NCBI GenBank assembly: GCA_034780895.1
Contig: JAUZTB010000071.1
Coordinates: 3,176,459 to 3,240,173, forward strand
Source: Rhynchobatus australiae
Lineage: Eukaryota
Direction of reading: 5' to 3'
Length of the DNA: 63,715 bases
The notes beneath the pieces were generated by a model. It was given only the letters and a program-made list of their open reading frames with translations. It ran no database searches and was not told the origin of the DNA. The translations under genes and the position numbers were made by a program. Shown here piece after piece: positions 50,465 through 63,000 of this stretch. Numbering within the stretch: the stretch's first letter is position 1; each line of letters begins with the position of its first letter.

Positions 50465-53289
50465 ATTGAACAACCACACTATGCAAAGAACATTGGACAA
50501 AGAAAATGGTAATTCTTCTAAAGACTACTCGAAAGAAATTTAAATGTGCTTAGATGTAATAAGCAACTGATTCAACATTCCCATCACTATGTTTTATCTT
50601 GAATGGGAACATTATTTTCCACAAAATTACAGACCAGGGTTTTATTTTTACAAATAATACAACGCACACACAGAAGGACGTGCAGACTGGCAATAATCTC
50701 TGGGACTAACCATTTATTTATCGATTTCAAACCAATCTAATGAGTTGTAAGAATCCTTTGTGTGAAAATGCACATTGGAATACATTCTACTCTGCTTTGT
50801 AGTGAAAAGATTGTTTTGATAATTAAGGATAGACAGACAGTTATCGTCCGCAGTTTAACTTGCTTTCGATGGTAATAATTCTAATTGGAAATGAGCAAGC
50901 GAGATAATCATCAGTGACAAGCTTCGTAATTTGAAATATGAAGCTCTTTGGAAAAGAAACTTCCTCCTTTCCTTATAGTGAGAGTCTCATAACTGTGTAG
51001 AGCAGATTCTTTGGGCTCATCACATTATTCGGTTGCTATTCATTCGTTCCTCTGCAATGGGAGGCGCCGTCCCAGACTCTCGTTGTTTGACGAATGGCAA
51101 AAAAAGTGCCGCATGCTGCAAAGTTTGAAAACTTTGTGGAAAACCCGAGCCCAATTCGACAAATCCGAAGCACTCAAAGTAACATGGCGTATGCTGTCAG
51201 TGAATCAGAAAAAGTCTTTAATTTGTGTTGCAGTGTCCTTTCTGTTAAACGGGTGAAATGTTGAATGTCCAAGTCCACCGTTTCCTTCACTGACAGTAAA
51301 TTGTTAAAGAAAACTCCTGGAAATCCTTGTCAGTTTGAATTAAGTGTGCATGATGGTCACCTGAATTATAATATCATTTTGTGTTCCATTGATTGATGGA
51401 AATACTGGAAACTGATTTCTTTCCAGATCAGACACCTAATGTCATCATCAAGATACTTTCTGATTTAAAATATATAACATTAGAGGCTCAACAAAGTCAG
51501 GTGTACTGCCTTCGATGCCCAATCACTGTGACAGGCCCCACGACAATAGTCTCAGCGGCTTTCAAAGTACTATTGTAACTTTTACGAAGCACAGAGCAAA
51601 TATGAATATTAAAAATGCCATTTTTCAAAGTTGTATTTTGTCGCAGAGTGCTACACTAACTCCTTCATGTGATTTGACTAAGCATTTATGTGGCAATGTC
51701 AACATAGATGACATCAAATCCCCTTTCAATGGTCGCAAGACGAATGTATTTACGTCTTTGTGGAAGCAATTCCGCTGTGAACAATCTTTCAGGGTAAGGG
51801 TCAAAGCGGCTGTTGGGAACAAGTTCTGTCCATGTGTAAATCCTAGGCAGGAAGTTTAGAGTTTCAGCCATTCAGGAGTTGAGGAATGTTAACGTGGGCG
51901 GAATTGTGGCAATAATCCTCAAGCTGTAACTGCGGTTGGGAAGCCAACTGAAGCCAAGCCATTTCAAGATAGTTCCTCCCCGGTAAAAATGCTCCAGCTG
52001 AAATCCTTCCAGGTGACCCATTAACAAATGCTCACTTTAAATTAGCGGATTCCATTTAATGCCAAAAGAGAATGCTGTATTCCACTTAACTAATATTGGG
52101 CATCACGTACCGTGGAAGCACAGTTCCACACTAACGTTCAAGTGCAAATATTGAGTTCTTTGCGTTGCATCTTCCTGTGACCTGAAGCGATCCACAGCTC
52201 TCAGTGTACCTACAGTTTGTTGATTCTGGATCATTCAGATTTTCGTAGGAAGTGGGAAATTGGGCGTGAGCCATTGCCGTCCTCGAATGCCACTGCACAG
52301 AGGTGAATAGTGTCCCCAGAAAGGAAAATGCACCATTTGGACTTCGTGGATCGAAGACTTGAACCCAGAATAATGTTGCCAATCAATTTTTTGAAGGAAA
52401 ATAAGGACGCAACAGTGAATAAATGGCAATATGAAATGCTCTTCAGGCTGCATTTTTACCGCGGTTCTAGGTTGCTTCGTAATTTATACCCATCTGCTGC
52501 GGGGNNNNNNNNNNNNNNNNNNNNNNNNNNNNNNNNNNNNNNNNNNNNNNNNNNNNNNNNNNNNNNNNNNNNNNNNNNNNNNNNNNNNNNNNNNNNNNNN
52601 NNNNCGGGGTCCAGTAGACGTGTGGCAGTTGGTGGTTCTCCCTGGAGCCTTTCTGCGAGCAAATATATTTGAATGTCCTGGAACAGAGACCAGGATTTGC
52701 GCTCCCGGAATCATTGCAGAAAATCGTCGCAGTTTATGCGATGCTCAATGGGCCCAGAGGAGTTTCTGGACTTGTTTTTATTTTAGCGCCCGTTGGAGTG
52801 AATGGCTTATTTCTCGGTTATAAATGATATTTAATTAAGTGAATATTATTAACGGCAAGGCGGTCAAATGGGAACCTGACTATGGAGCTATGAAAGAAAT
52901 ATTGTTACACAGAAGTGTATCACGGCAGCGCAAACTTGACAGTATATAACCCCACAATTGAACTCGTGCGAACAAAGAGACACCAGCCCAATCAATAATA
53001 AACTATCCTGCAAAAAAAAATCCGCATTAAAGTTTGTCTGCGGTTTATTTTATCCAGGTTACCAGAATAAATTAGAGGCTCTTGCACTGACAATATTCTT
53101 GCACAGATTTCATTCCTGGCACGCAAAGGCGTGAAATTATTTACACCTGAGCAAGAATTTACTTTTTTAAAAAATCTCTCACGAATATTTTTAGTGCTCC
53201 CTCGTTCGCTTTTTACTTAGCTCTGAATATTGCTGCTTCTCTTCGACCTGACTTCCTTACCCAGTCCGACACACCCCATAATCCCGTGT

Positions 53290-53450
53290 ATCTCTGGAAA
53301 GAGAAACAGAGTTAACATTTCAGATCAGAGGTTCTTGGCAGAACGTTCTGACGTAGAGTCTCTGATCTGAACATCTTTCCACAGATGCTGCCTGAGCTGA
53401 TGAGTGCTTCCAGAAATTTCTGTTTTTGTTTCGGATTGCCGGAACTTCAG
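53290..53450. mobile_element. Penelope-derived fold-back with two divergent decayed hammerheads
   Basis: Central palindrome CAGAAC|GTTCTG (53339-53350); arms TCAGATCAGAG/CTCTGATCTGA; followed by CACAGATGCTGCCTGAGCTGATGAGT. Confidence 0.65.
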
Positions 53451-54452
53451 ATTTTTAGTTAATTTTCTTGTATATCTAATATCCTCCTGAAATCCCTACA
53501 GTTTTGTTTTTCCTTTTTCTGTCGCTCTCAGTATGCCCTGTGTGTTTTCCGCCCCGCATATTCCAAAAGCTCTTGGTGTCTTGTTCCTTCTGGCTCTTCA
53601 AGGCAACGAAGCGCCAACCGTTTCCATTCTTCCCATGTGCAGGTATAATAGCCGTGCACTCTTTCATAAAAGTTAGCCAACGGTGCTGTTAGCTGGAGTG
53701 GCCACAGCATCCTGAGTAAACAATTGCAGGTGAATATTATTGTTAGATGATCCTCGTTAACTGCTTTATTTTAAAATATTATGATTCTCCTCATGAATTA
53801 TTGGTTATTTAACCATCTGCGTTCTGGTTTAGTTTTAGTCTTCTGTCATGAGACTGAAACGACAGGGGCCTATAACGTAAAACCAAAACTAAAATCCCAA
53901 GAACCGTAATTGTATGAAACGGGAACAGGCTTAAAGAAAGAGAGATTAACGGTAGGTTTTATGAGTGGTAGCTGGCGAAGACTAGCGGACAATGGAGAGG
54001 TTGAACTGGCCAAGGGTATTGGATGGGAATTCTGTAACGTCGAACCAATGGAGCCGAAGACACAGCTCTGACTGAGATGGACAGGAAAACAGAGTTCGTA
54101 AAACAATGTGTCGGGGGTGTGAGGAGGTAAAGGAGTAGAGGGACATATGGTCATGGGGACAGTACGGTCATGAAAGAAATGTAAATGCTACATTTAGAAT
54201 TTAAATTGGGGTTTTGGAGAACTAGAGGCAATGTTGATCTTTGAAGGGAGAGATGACTGATTTGTAGAATACCACGGAAGCAAGCAGCTTAAGAGGAGTG
54301 CGAGAGAGCTGCCAGGATAACAATGCAATAACCTTCTCGTTGTGACATATAAACATAATTGGGCGTTTTTGTGGCAGAGAGGTTGAAGAACCGAAGCAAC
54401 AGGCATGTTGCGGAATTTGTTAAGTTTTGTTGTTGAGAGCTTGTAAGGTTGG

Positions 54453-55180
54453 AAGCGCAAGAAATTCTGAAGATGCTGGAATCTGGAGCAATGCACAAAA
54501 AGTGCCGGAGGAACTCAGCAGGTCAGGCAGCATCTATGGAGGGAAATAAACAGTCGACGTTTCGGGCCGAGACTCTTCATCGGGACTGGAAAAGAAAAGG
54601 GCAGAAGCCAGAATAAGAAGGTGGGGGGAGGGGGAGGAACACCCGCAGGCAGGCAGGTGGTAAGTGAGTTCAGGTGATAGATGAGTCCAGGTGAGAGGGG
54701 AAAGGTAGGTGGTTGAGGGAGGGGAGAAGATGTAATAAACTGACAGGTGATAGATAGAAGAGGCAAAGGGCTGAAGAAGGAGAAATCCAGTAGGAGAGGG
54801 CAGTGCACCATGGAATGAAGGATGGAAGAAGGGAGGAGAGGAGACGGGCAGGTCATCAAAGCGGGGAAAAGGAGCCACAGGAATAAGAGAAGACAAAGGA
54901 GTGGGGTGGAAGTAAAGAAGGGGAGGGGTTACCGGAAGTTAGGGAAATCGATGCTGAGGCCGTCAGGTTGGAGACTCCCAAGGCGGAATATGAAGTGTTG
55001 TTCCTCCAACCTGTGTCTGGCTTCAACATGGCAGTAGAGGAGGCCATGGAAAGACACGTCAGATGGGAGTGGGTTGTGGAATTGAAGTGGGTGGCCGCCG
55101 GGAGGTCCTGGTTGTTGCGCTGGACGGACCGCAGATGCTCAGCGAAGTGGTCACCCAATCTGCGCCGGGACTCACGGATG
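54453..55180 (-). mobile_element. 5'-truncated Penelope-like retroelement: GIY-YIG endonuclease C-terminus, 3' UTR and hammerhead-bearing terminus
   Basis: IRESRRRLGDHFAEHLRSV..DLPAATHFNS..HSH, frameshift, then HGLLYCHVEARHRLEEQHFIFRLGSLQPDGLSIDFPNFR*; pyrimidine-rich 3' UTR; hammerhead at 54551-54588. Confidence 0.9.
54551..54588 (-). ncRNA. Minimal type-I hammerhead ribozyme motif (U4>C, probably inactive in this copy)
   Basis: CAGTC-CCGATGA-AGAGTCTCGGCCC-GAAAC-GTC-GACTG: perfect 5-bp stem I, stem II hairpin, GAAA, palindromic ACGT stem III and GUC site. Confidence 0.75.
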
Positions 55181-55761
55181 CTTACTCGTGCTCAAGTATA
55201 TGGCAGAATTTAGAGGCAATGGCGAGAGAATAGCGTGAACTCGTTGTGATGGTAGGTGGTAGATAACATGAAAAGAATGACGTCTAATTTCCTCATCTTT
55301 AACCTGAGATATTGTTTGTCTAACGCTCGATCTTGGGCAAGTAGGCTGCCCAATAGCAATGAGAATGTCAAGAGAGGTAACGGAGAAGCTGTCAGTATAC
55401 AGGTGAACAATACAGCCATTGTCGCCAGCGGTCTGTAAAAGGATGCAGAGAGATTCATTGGAGAAGCCAATAAATCAATTTAGAGAAGCATTAAAGAATA
55501 AGATAACAGGGCAAGTAAAACAGTTGCAAAATGTGAGATAGATAAGGAAAGATGATGCAATATTATAATGGGACTATCATTTCTGACTTTGGTTGGTTCT
55601 TGTCAGGACTAACCGGAGGGGTTCAACCTGCCTGAAGAGATTCAGAGAACGAGTTGCTGGAAAGCAGTGATACATTGAAACATTGCAAAAAAAAACTAAC
55701 TGGCTCAAGAGATGACACAATCACCACAGAGACAAAATGCTTGCAGACTCGAAACCAATCC

Positions 55762-56115
55762 TAGAGATTTAAGCACACAAATCTAGACCGAAAATCCAAA
55801 TAATATTGAGGGGCTGCTCTGCATTCTCAGGGATCCTTCAGATCAAAGTCCTCCTCTGCTCTCCCGGTTGAATTAAAATAGGATCTGATGGTATTACGTT
55901 AGTAAAGTCTAGGTGTCCCGATTTCTTGGCCAATACTGGTACTTAAATCAACATTACTAAAATAATTTACGAGAGCTTACTGTGAACAATTTGGCTAGTG
56001 CATTTCCTACACAACAACACTGGCTACATTTCAAAAGCCATTCATTGGCTGTAAATCGCTGCGGGACATCCTGAAAGGGATGCAAATGGCTCTATATCAA
56101 CGCAATTTTTTTTCT
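55762..56115 (+). mobile_element. Decayed Deu-domain SINE (SacSINE1/AmnSINE-like)
   Basis: GAGATTTAAGCACACAAATCTAG..TGAGGGGCTGCT..CTTGGCCAATA..CAACATTACTAAAA..TTGGCTAGTGCATTTCCTAC..TTCAAAAG..TTCATTGGCTGTAAA..GGGACATCCTGA..CTATATCAACGCAA. Confidence 0.72.
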
Positions 56116-58039
56116 TTCAAAGACCTTCCCGCAATGGTAATTACCTGCGGATGTTTGCGAGCATGACGTTTTACATCGTGAAACTCATGTTTCCATTCAG
56201 CCATATTTCCCTCTGAAATAATAACAGGCTCTTCTCCATATTTTCAAGGAATGTGGTTACCGAAACAAATAAAACAGGTTCATTTTGATAAATTACTGAA
56301 TTATTATTACATGATAACGCTTTCACAATTTTTATAAGCTCACCGGAATGACCCTGCCTCGGTTACATTTTCACCTACCAATCTCGATGGTTTTTGAGGT
56401 CTTTTACATATTATGGAGGGTCCTTGAAAAGGAACGTTGTAGATAGGGCAATTTTTTATTCCACTATATCCCCACTTTCGTTGACGCTGTGCTTTTTTTT
56501 TTGAAATCATGTTTTTTCTAGTAAAAAAATTTTTTTTTTTAAATTTTTAAAATAAATTTACTTTTTCCATGGTCTTCCCTGTCTTGGCATTTCAGATTGA
56601 CGGTCAAACTGCCATTCATGGCCTAGACGCTTTCTAAATAAATATTGACTTTTTAAGATATTTTTTAAGGTCGGCACTTAAATAAGCAATATCACAACAA
56701 CAAGCCAGCTTTTCTCCTCAACTTGGTAAAATAAAGGTTAGCTTGCAATGAATTCCTCGAGCCTCAAGCGATGGGAAATTTTACATCTCACTTGATATCT
56801 GCAGACGTTGTAAAGATCACTTGTTAACGTTAACCCGCTCTGGTCAAATGCATTAATTGAGTGCATGCTGTTATCTATTTGAACAAAACTAAACATTACA
56901 GCTTTCTTGCAGTCAATATTTTGCATTCAAGATCAAGCTGAGACGCGAAGCCAAATCCAGCCTTATCAGAGCAAAAAAAAGTTATGCGTTTCCTCCATCA
57001 GGAATTGCGCTCCGCAATTGATGTAAAGAGAGATTCAAAGATCACTGCGCCTTTAAAGAGATTTTCCTACATGTTACGATTTTACTGGGCGCCTTTTGGC
57101 TGTTTTTCATACATCGAAACTAGGAATCGATACCAGCGCGAACATTTGGGAGAAAGTGCAATGAATTAAAGAAGGAAATGTTCAGAAATATGTGTAAAAT
57201 GCTACTGTGATATTAAACAAATAAACAGATATAACNNNNNNNNNNNNNNNNNNNNNNNNNNCCACTGATTACATTGTCATTAAAAATCATTAAAAAGCTC
57301 TAATTATTTCCTCAGCTAACAGAATGCAATACGAAATTAAAATGGATAATACTAGTCGGTTAGATGATTAATCATCCGCTTGTAAGGAGTCTGGTCTATT
57401 GAGTGGGCTACACTTCGATATTTCACACTAAACCTTTTGGACTCTGGTGCCAATAAATATGGCATTTTCTATTTCGATTTGGTCACCCTTATTAATGAAT
57501 CTGCCTCGCTGTTATCTGCAAGGTTTGCCAATAGCATGGAACACTCAGTGGTCTTGATTGAAAGGGCGAAGGAGCACAAAACAACATTCAATTAGCCTCG
57601 TACCATCCAGTAAAGGCAATGGCTGATTGCTGCTGTCACTTCGCTCAATAACATTGCCCACCTGATGCCCTGCAGTTAGCATTGGCACTGATTCCACAGC
57701 CAAGAACGCACAATACCCCCACCATCTGCAAGCTTCGCACTGTCCTGATCTGCTGCTTCGATGGGAAAATGTTCGTTGCCGCTTCAGTATTTACACTGGT
57801 GCACATTCGGCAAGTTCTTGGGTTAAGATGGTTATCTGATGGCCTGAATTTCAATTTAATTGATAGCTTTGTACGCCAACGATGGATTGAATGCCCGTTT
57901 TCTGTTCTTGCATTTTCTAACGTTCCAGATGGAAATCATTCTGCAACTTGGGTGTGCAATTTTGCCCACGATATCTCTACCGATCATGAAACTAATGTAG
58001 AAATAAACCTCAGGAACTTCGCTGGAACTTTTTCAGAGA

Positions 58040-58500
58040 AAATTTGAACCCAAACCACAGGAGTGAATATAAGGACGGATGACAAAAGGGGTAGGTATTA
58101 AGAAGCAACCTTAAAGTTAGAAAGGGAGAAATTGAGGTCCGTGAACCCAAATTTATATCACATGCTGCTGAAAGCAATGGAATCTAAAATGGTGGCGTGG
58201 GCTGGACGAGATTACAAAAATAAGGAGTGTTATCCCAAGGAAGGTGATCTGAAAATAAGGATAACCACTTTAAACAGACATGTTACTTAATCCAGAGATA
58301 GCAAAAATCAGACAACACGGCGGCGATTGCCAAGTGGGACAGTGTGCCTTTGTCCGAATGATTTTATGGCGGTTCGAAGGTGAGAAGCCAACTAGTTGTG
58401 CGTTGGATGCTAAAACATGGTTGAAGGTTCCAATATCAGATGAATTGAAGCCTTGTGAAGTTCAGTTTCGCTACGAACGTGGAAGTAGGCAGACTTGATT
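58040..58500 (-). mobile_element. Old L2 3' fragment
   Basis: AAATTTGAACCCAAACCACAGGAG..GGTAGGTATTAAGAAGCAACCTTAAAG, similar to 53940-53970. Confidence 0.45.
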
Positions 58501-58589
58501 ATGACGTTATGAAGATTGAAATGATGATAAGCATCTCAGTTCAGACTCAGATCCAATGTAAAGGCTGAGAATGGTTGCTTCACACACAA

Positions 58590-58880
58590 AGATACAAGAG
58601 AATACGAGCAGGAGTAGACCACCTGCCCCCGCAGGCCTGCTCGGCCGTTCAATATTATCGTGGCTGTTCTCCGCAAGCCTCAGCTCCTCTTCTGTGCCGG
58701 TTGTCCATACCCTCAATTCACTAATCTTTCTAAAATATATCCATCTCCACCTTAAGTATTTCAAATGATCCAGTCTCCACAATTCCTCTGGGGTAGAGAA
58801 TTCCAGAGATTCCTCACCCTCTCCGAAAAGAAATTTCTGCGGGCCGGATTTAATTGAGCATCCCCTTGTTTTGTAACTCT
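58590..58880 (-). mobile_element. CR1 3' fragment
   Basis: GAGCAGGAGTAGACCACCTGCCCCCGCAGGCCTGCTC..GGGTAGAGAATTCCAGAGATTC..AAGAAATTTCT. Confidence 0.8.
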
Positions 58881-59615
58881 TATGGTCTCAGAGAGAGGAA
58901 TATAGAGTTGGAAGATACTGAATGGAGTTTGCTCCAGTCTTACCAGTATTTTATTTGGATGAATTTCTGTTCAAAGATGTTGAGCAATTTGGAAACAGCA
59001 GCCCTGTTAACAGAGCTGGTTTTGAGATAAGGCTGGAAAGCATCACTCTACCTGCAGACCCTGAAATTGTATTTTCAGATGCCGTTGCTAAGGCGTAACA
59101 GATAGATAAGAAATAGGTGTCACCGCGGATAGAACCTAGCTCCCCTCCCCCCCACCCCCCCCCCCCCCACACACACACAGCCGAAAGTGGAAGNNNNNNN
59201 NNNNNNNNNNNNNNNNNNNNNNNNNNNNNNNNNNNNNNNNNNNNNNNNNNNNNNNNNNNNNNNNNNNNNNNNNNNNNNNNNNNNNNNNNNNNNCACACAG
59301 CCGAAAGTGGAAGTGGATTACAATTTTATCCTTAATCTACATCTACCATCAGCTGTTCCCTTCTGCATTGTAACCCCTTTATGAAGCTGTATTGAGGAAA
59401 AGTGTAAAACTATAATGTTTCAATGCGTTTTAACCATTTTTATCTGCTTTGTATGGCATTATAACGTTTTAATTGCCCCTGGAAATGCATATTTTATTTT
59501 TACTGTAGAGGAATTATATAGATCACGAACAACTAAAAATTATATCTCAGGTTTATTGCAGCACTAACTGTAGAGCAGACTGAAAACGTTCAGAACTTTT
59601 AAAAACATTTGAATG

Positions 59616-60005
59616 TGTCACAATGTTGAGCAAAGAGCAAGCTCACAGAGAACCCAAATGCAGCACACTGGTACAAGACAGGGTACTTCCTCAGGACCAA
59701 ACACGGGCAGCAACTGGAAGAAATCTTGCCTCGGAGATCTGAGGAGGAATCCCAACACAAACTGGATATTCAGAGAGTAACAGAGAACATAGAGTAGACC
59801 ACACTAAGCAGCCAGGAGCCAAAGTATACCCGAAGGTTGACCAATACTCTGGCAACTAGTGCTAGAGAGACCCAGGTATTTATGCTAGGCCCCTGATGGG
59901 ACTGAGGTGTGTGTCATTATGCAATCAGTCCAGCATGGAATTCATGTGCGGTACAACAAGGCATCAAAGGAGCCAAATCAAGGGCCAGTACTCAGAACCA
60001 TGACA
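59616..60005 (-). mobile_element. 390-bp solo LTR (Gypsy-like) with 5-bp TSD
   Basis: Termini TGTCA...TGACA; GAATG at 59611-59615 and 60006-60010; TATA-like GCATAAATAC on the minus strand suggests orientation. Confidence 0.85.
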
Positions 60006-63000
60006 GAATGAGATTTTAAGTACATGCCCGAACAGGTAAACAATGAGGTACACGCCCTTTAGTCCAACCAGCCACTCAATACCCGACGTAAAACGATGCG
60101 ATCTCCTGCGAAAATCTCCAAAACCAATAAATCTCAAGGAGATTGTGGGAAATATCTGACCATTTGCTGTCCGAAGGTGTATGGCGATTGAAGCTGGTTA
60201 GGGAAATCATGGGATCCTGATTGCGCTCCGCCGCATTCACTTGTGATGACCTTCCTAGCCAGAAGCAGGTTCAGTTCTGCATTGAATGGGGCATTGCACA
60301 GCTGGCACGTGATCCCAGAGGTCTAATACTCTCTGGGAATCCACTTAATTCCTGCCATCAAAGAAGTTCTGGCCTTTTCAATTGAAAATTACAACGGTCG
60401 CTCTACCGAACCTATTGGAACAAGCTGCTTTGTCCAACGCAATGTTTCCCTTCCTCATCTGGCAAATCTGGATTAGATCATCCCTAGTCTGCGCGTCTCT
60501 GAATTATGGAAATCAAACTCTTTTAGCCTGTTTTAATAATATGATTTAAACTACGACCATTTACAAATCTTCAATATATTCATCACGCGATATGACCAAA
60601 GCTGGCACAGCCTTTAAACAATGGCCGGATCAAGATCACTATACAGAGAAAGAGTCAATGATCTTCATACCCATTTTTGGATATCTGCAAAAAACATGGT
60701 GCAAAACCGGAAAGTCGAATAAAAATAATGTTTTTGGTCTTTTTGTCTTAAGGATCTTGATATATCGTTCAAGAGATTAGTCTCCCGACCTCTGCTACAA
60801 CTGAAGGGCTGCACTTGGCTTTCGCATTGATAAGTGAAAATTGCTTCAAGCAATGTCAAGGCTGTAATTATCTAAATCTGAAATATAGGCCCTGGAACGT
60901 CACTTGCCGGAATTTCATTCCAAATCTCACAGAAGATAATTTTTATTAAATTGCTGGAGGGAAAGAAAATAATCAGTGAACTGTGGATCTTGAACAACAA
61001 GTCACAGTTTAGAGATAACAACGTAAAGATAGCGCAATGGATCGATTGCTCGATGATGAACGGGCAGAAAGTTAGATAGACAGATATATGGCAATTTGTA
61101 TTTAACGCGAGCAGACTCGGCCTCGTTTCCAGTATAGTGGATTCAGCAAACGCACATTTTAACTTCGTCTACGTGCACGCTTTAACTAAAGGTGTGATAT
61201 GCAATTTCTCATATCCATTCATCAATCAAGTACCAAAAATGTGCCTCTTTTATCTTAGTAACGACTCTTGTCCAATACCTGGGTTCTTGAGTCACTATGT
61301 TTAAATTTACATCGTTTCCCTGCGTTTTTCAATCTTCCCCTATACTTCCTATTATAATTATATTGTAAACTAAAAGGCGAGCTAATTGCCATATGTTTGT
61401 AAGATATTCTTCAAAAATTCCCAGGTTTAAGGCACGTATTTGCTGTGTTATCGAACTATTTTTATCTGAAGTTGTTACCTTGCTGGATTCACATTCCGAG
61501 ACAACATTTTTAACTGAACATGCAGAGGTAGTGCATATACACTTCGAAAATTTCCAAAATTCTTTTAAAACATTCAGAGTGGCTTCCTATGTTTCAGAAC
61601 AAAAAAAAACACATGAAATGTGCTGTAAATAGCCATCTGCAGCACTCACAAGAAACTATTTTCCAAACAATTCAGTTAAACATTCGCTGCGGGCTATATA
61701 AAACATTCAAATCATTTATTTCTTCGTCAACATGCGGTTTTCAACTGAAGCTGTGATATGTAATTTCTGAGATCAATTCATGAAACAAGTACCAAAATAT
61801 TTTCCCGTCTTGTATTCTGCACTCTTTATATCAAAACAGTTTCGATTATCTCAGTATTTAACACCTATTGTTTTGACTTCGGTGAAACTTGTCTTTCTTT
61901 ACTACATTTGCACTCCCGTTATGAATTCCTATCATTTCTAAAACTAAATTCCTATTTTGTATTAATGTATATGTCCTCTGTTTAGATATTTTACCTAGGT
62001 GAAGTGTCATTTGTTTTCTGTGGACAATGAATAATTATTCGACTTAATATAATCTCAAGATTGCATCAAAATGTATATATTCAGTGGAGAGTTGTGTTTA
62101 TAAGACTGTTTTAAGGTACGCGTTTTTTTACCTTTCATATCGACTCATGCTTTATTTCATATATTTGGATATATTGCACACAAATCATTTTCCAGCCAAT
62201 CAGTCACTGTCGGGATAAGTCTATAAACTTATCTCTCCTTGATTTACACAATCATAGAAAAGCATCAGAACTAAAATATCGTGAAGATAATTAAGGGATT
62301 ATTTTGTACTTCCAGAGAGACGTAAACTATTTTGAAAATTAATACAGACCTACATTAAAATGCCTTGGATCTTTGATCAATATACAACATAGACTATCAG
62401 GGCGATCGACTACATCAAGTCAAAAAGATAAAATTCATACCAAGAGGTTTTAGATATTTCGAAACATAATACACACATTTATCCATTTTAAGCCATCTCT
62501 CCGAGCAACTGGTAGACACGAAAAGACGCAATGAAAACGCTCGATTCAATAGCTGATCTAAAAGTTTAAATTAGAATAAAGAAATAGTATTTCAACAAAA
62601 TAACCAAACGCTTTTTGTCTACCTGCCTGCAATGAAAGAGATCCGTCTAATAAAAAGGAACTTCATAATATTAAAAAAGAACGTTTTCTAAACCTCAATT
62701 AGGTTAAAACATTGGAAATTCTAAAAATAACTTCGCTCAAACAAGTGAATATAATTATGCAAATCCTACGATTGTAACGGGCCTTCTTCCAGAATGTTTA
62801 GCGGCTCTGTATGTATATTATTCTGGTGAAAACAATGGATTCCGAAAATTTTTAAGTGCTGTTACATTTCCAATTAATGCAACATCCGCAGAATTGACAT
62901 AGTGCTTTACCCGTTGAAAACTTAAAGTTCAAAAGTAATTGGAAAATTAACTTTTGTTCTTTATTCGTCTGGGCGAAAAACACAGACAGCCAATTTTGGG

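Larger units (their letters stand above)
53900..55480 (-). mobile_element. Old L2 LINE fragment interrupted by a Penelope element
   Basis: Purine-rich antisense L2 3' landmarks (GGTAGGTTTTATGAG..GGGAATTCTG); minus-strand RKLDVILF resembles RNLGVIFD after the insertion. Confidence 0.5.

Noticed and set aside
55601-55717. TGTCA...TGACA pair as a second solo LTR
   Set aside because: Only about 117 bp and no flanking TSD
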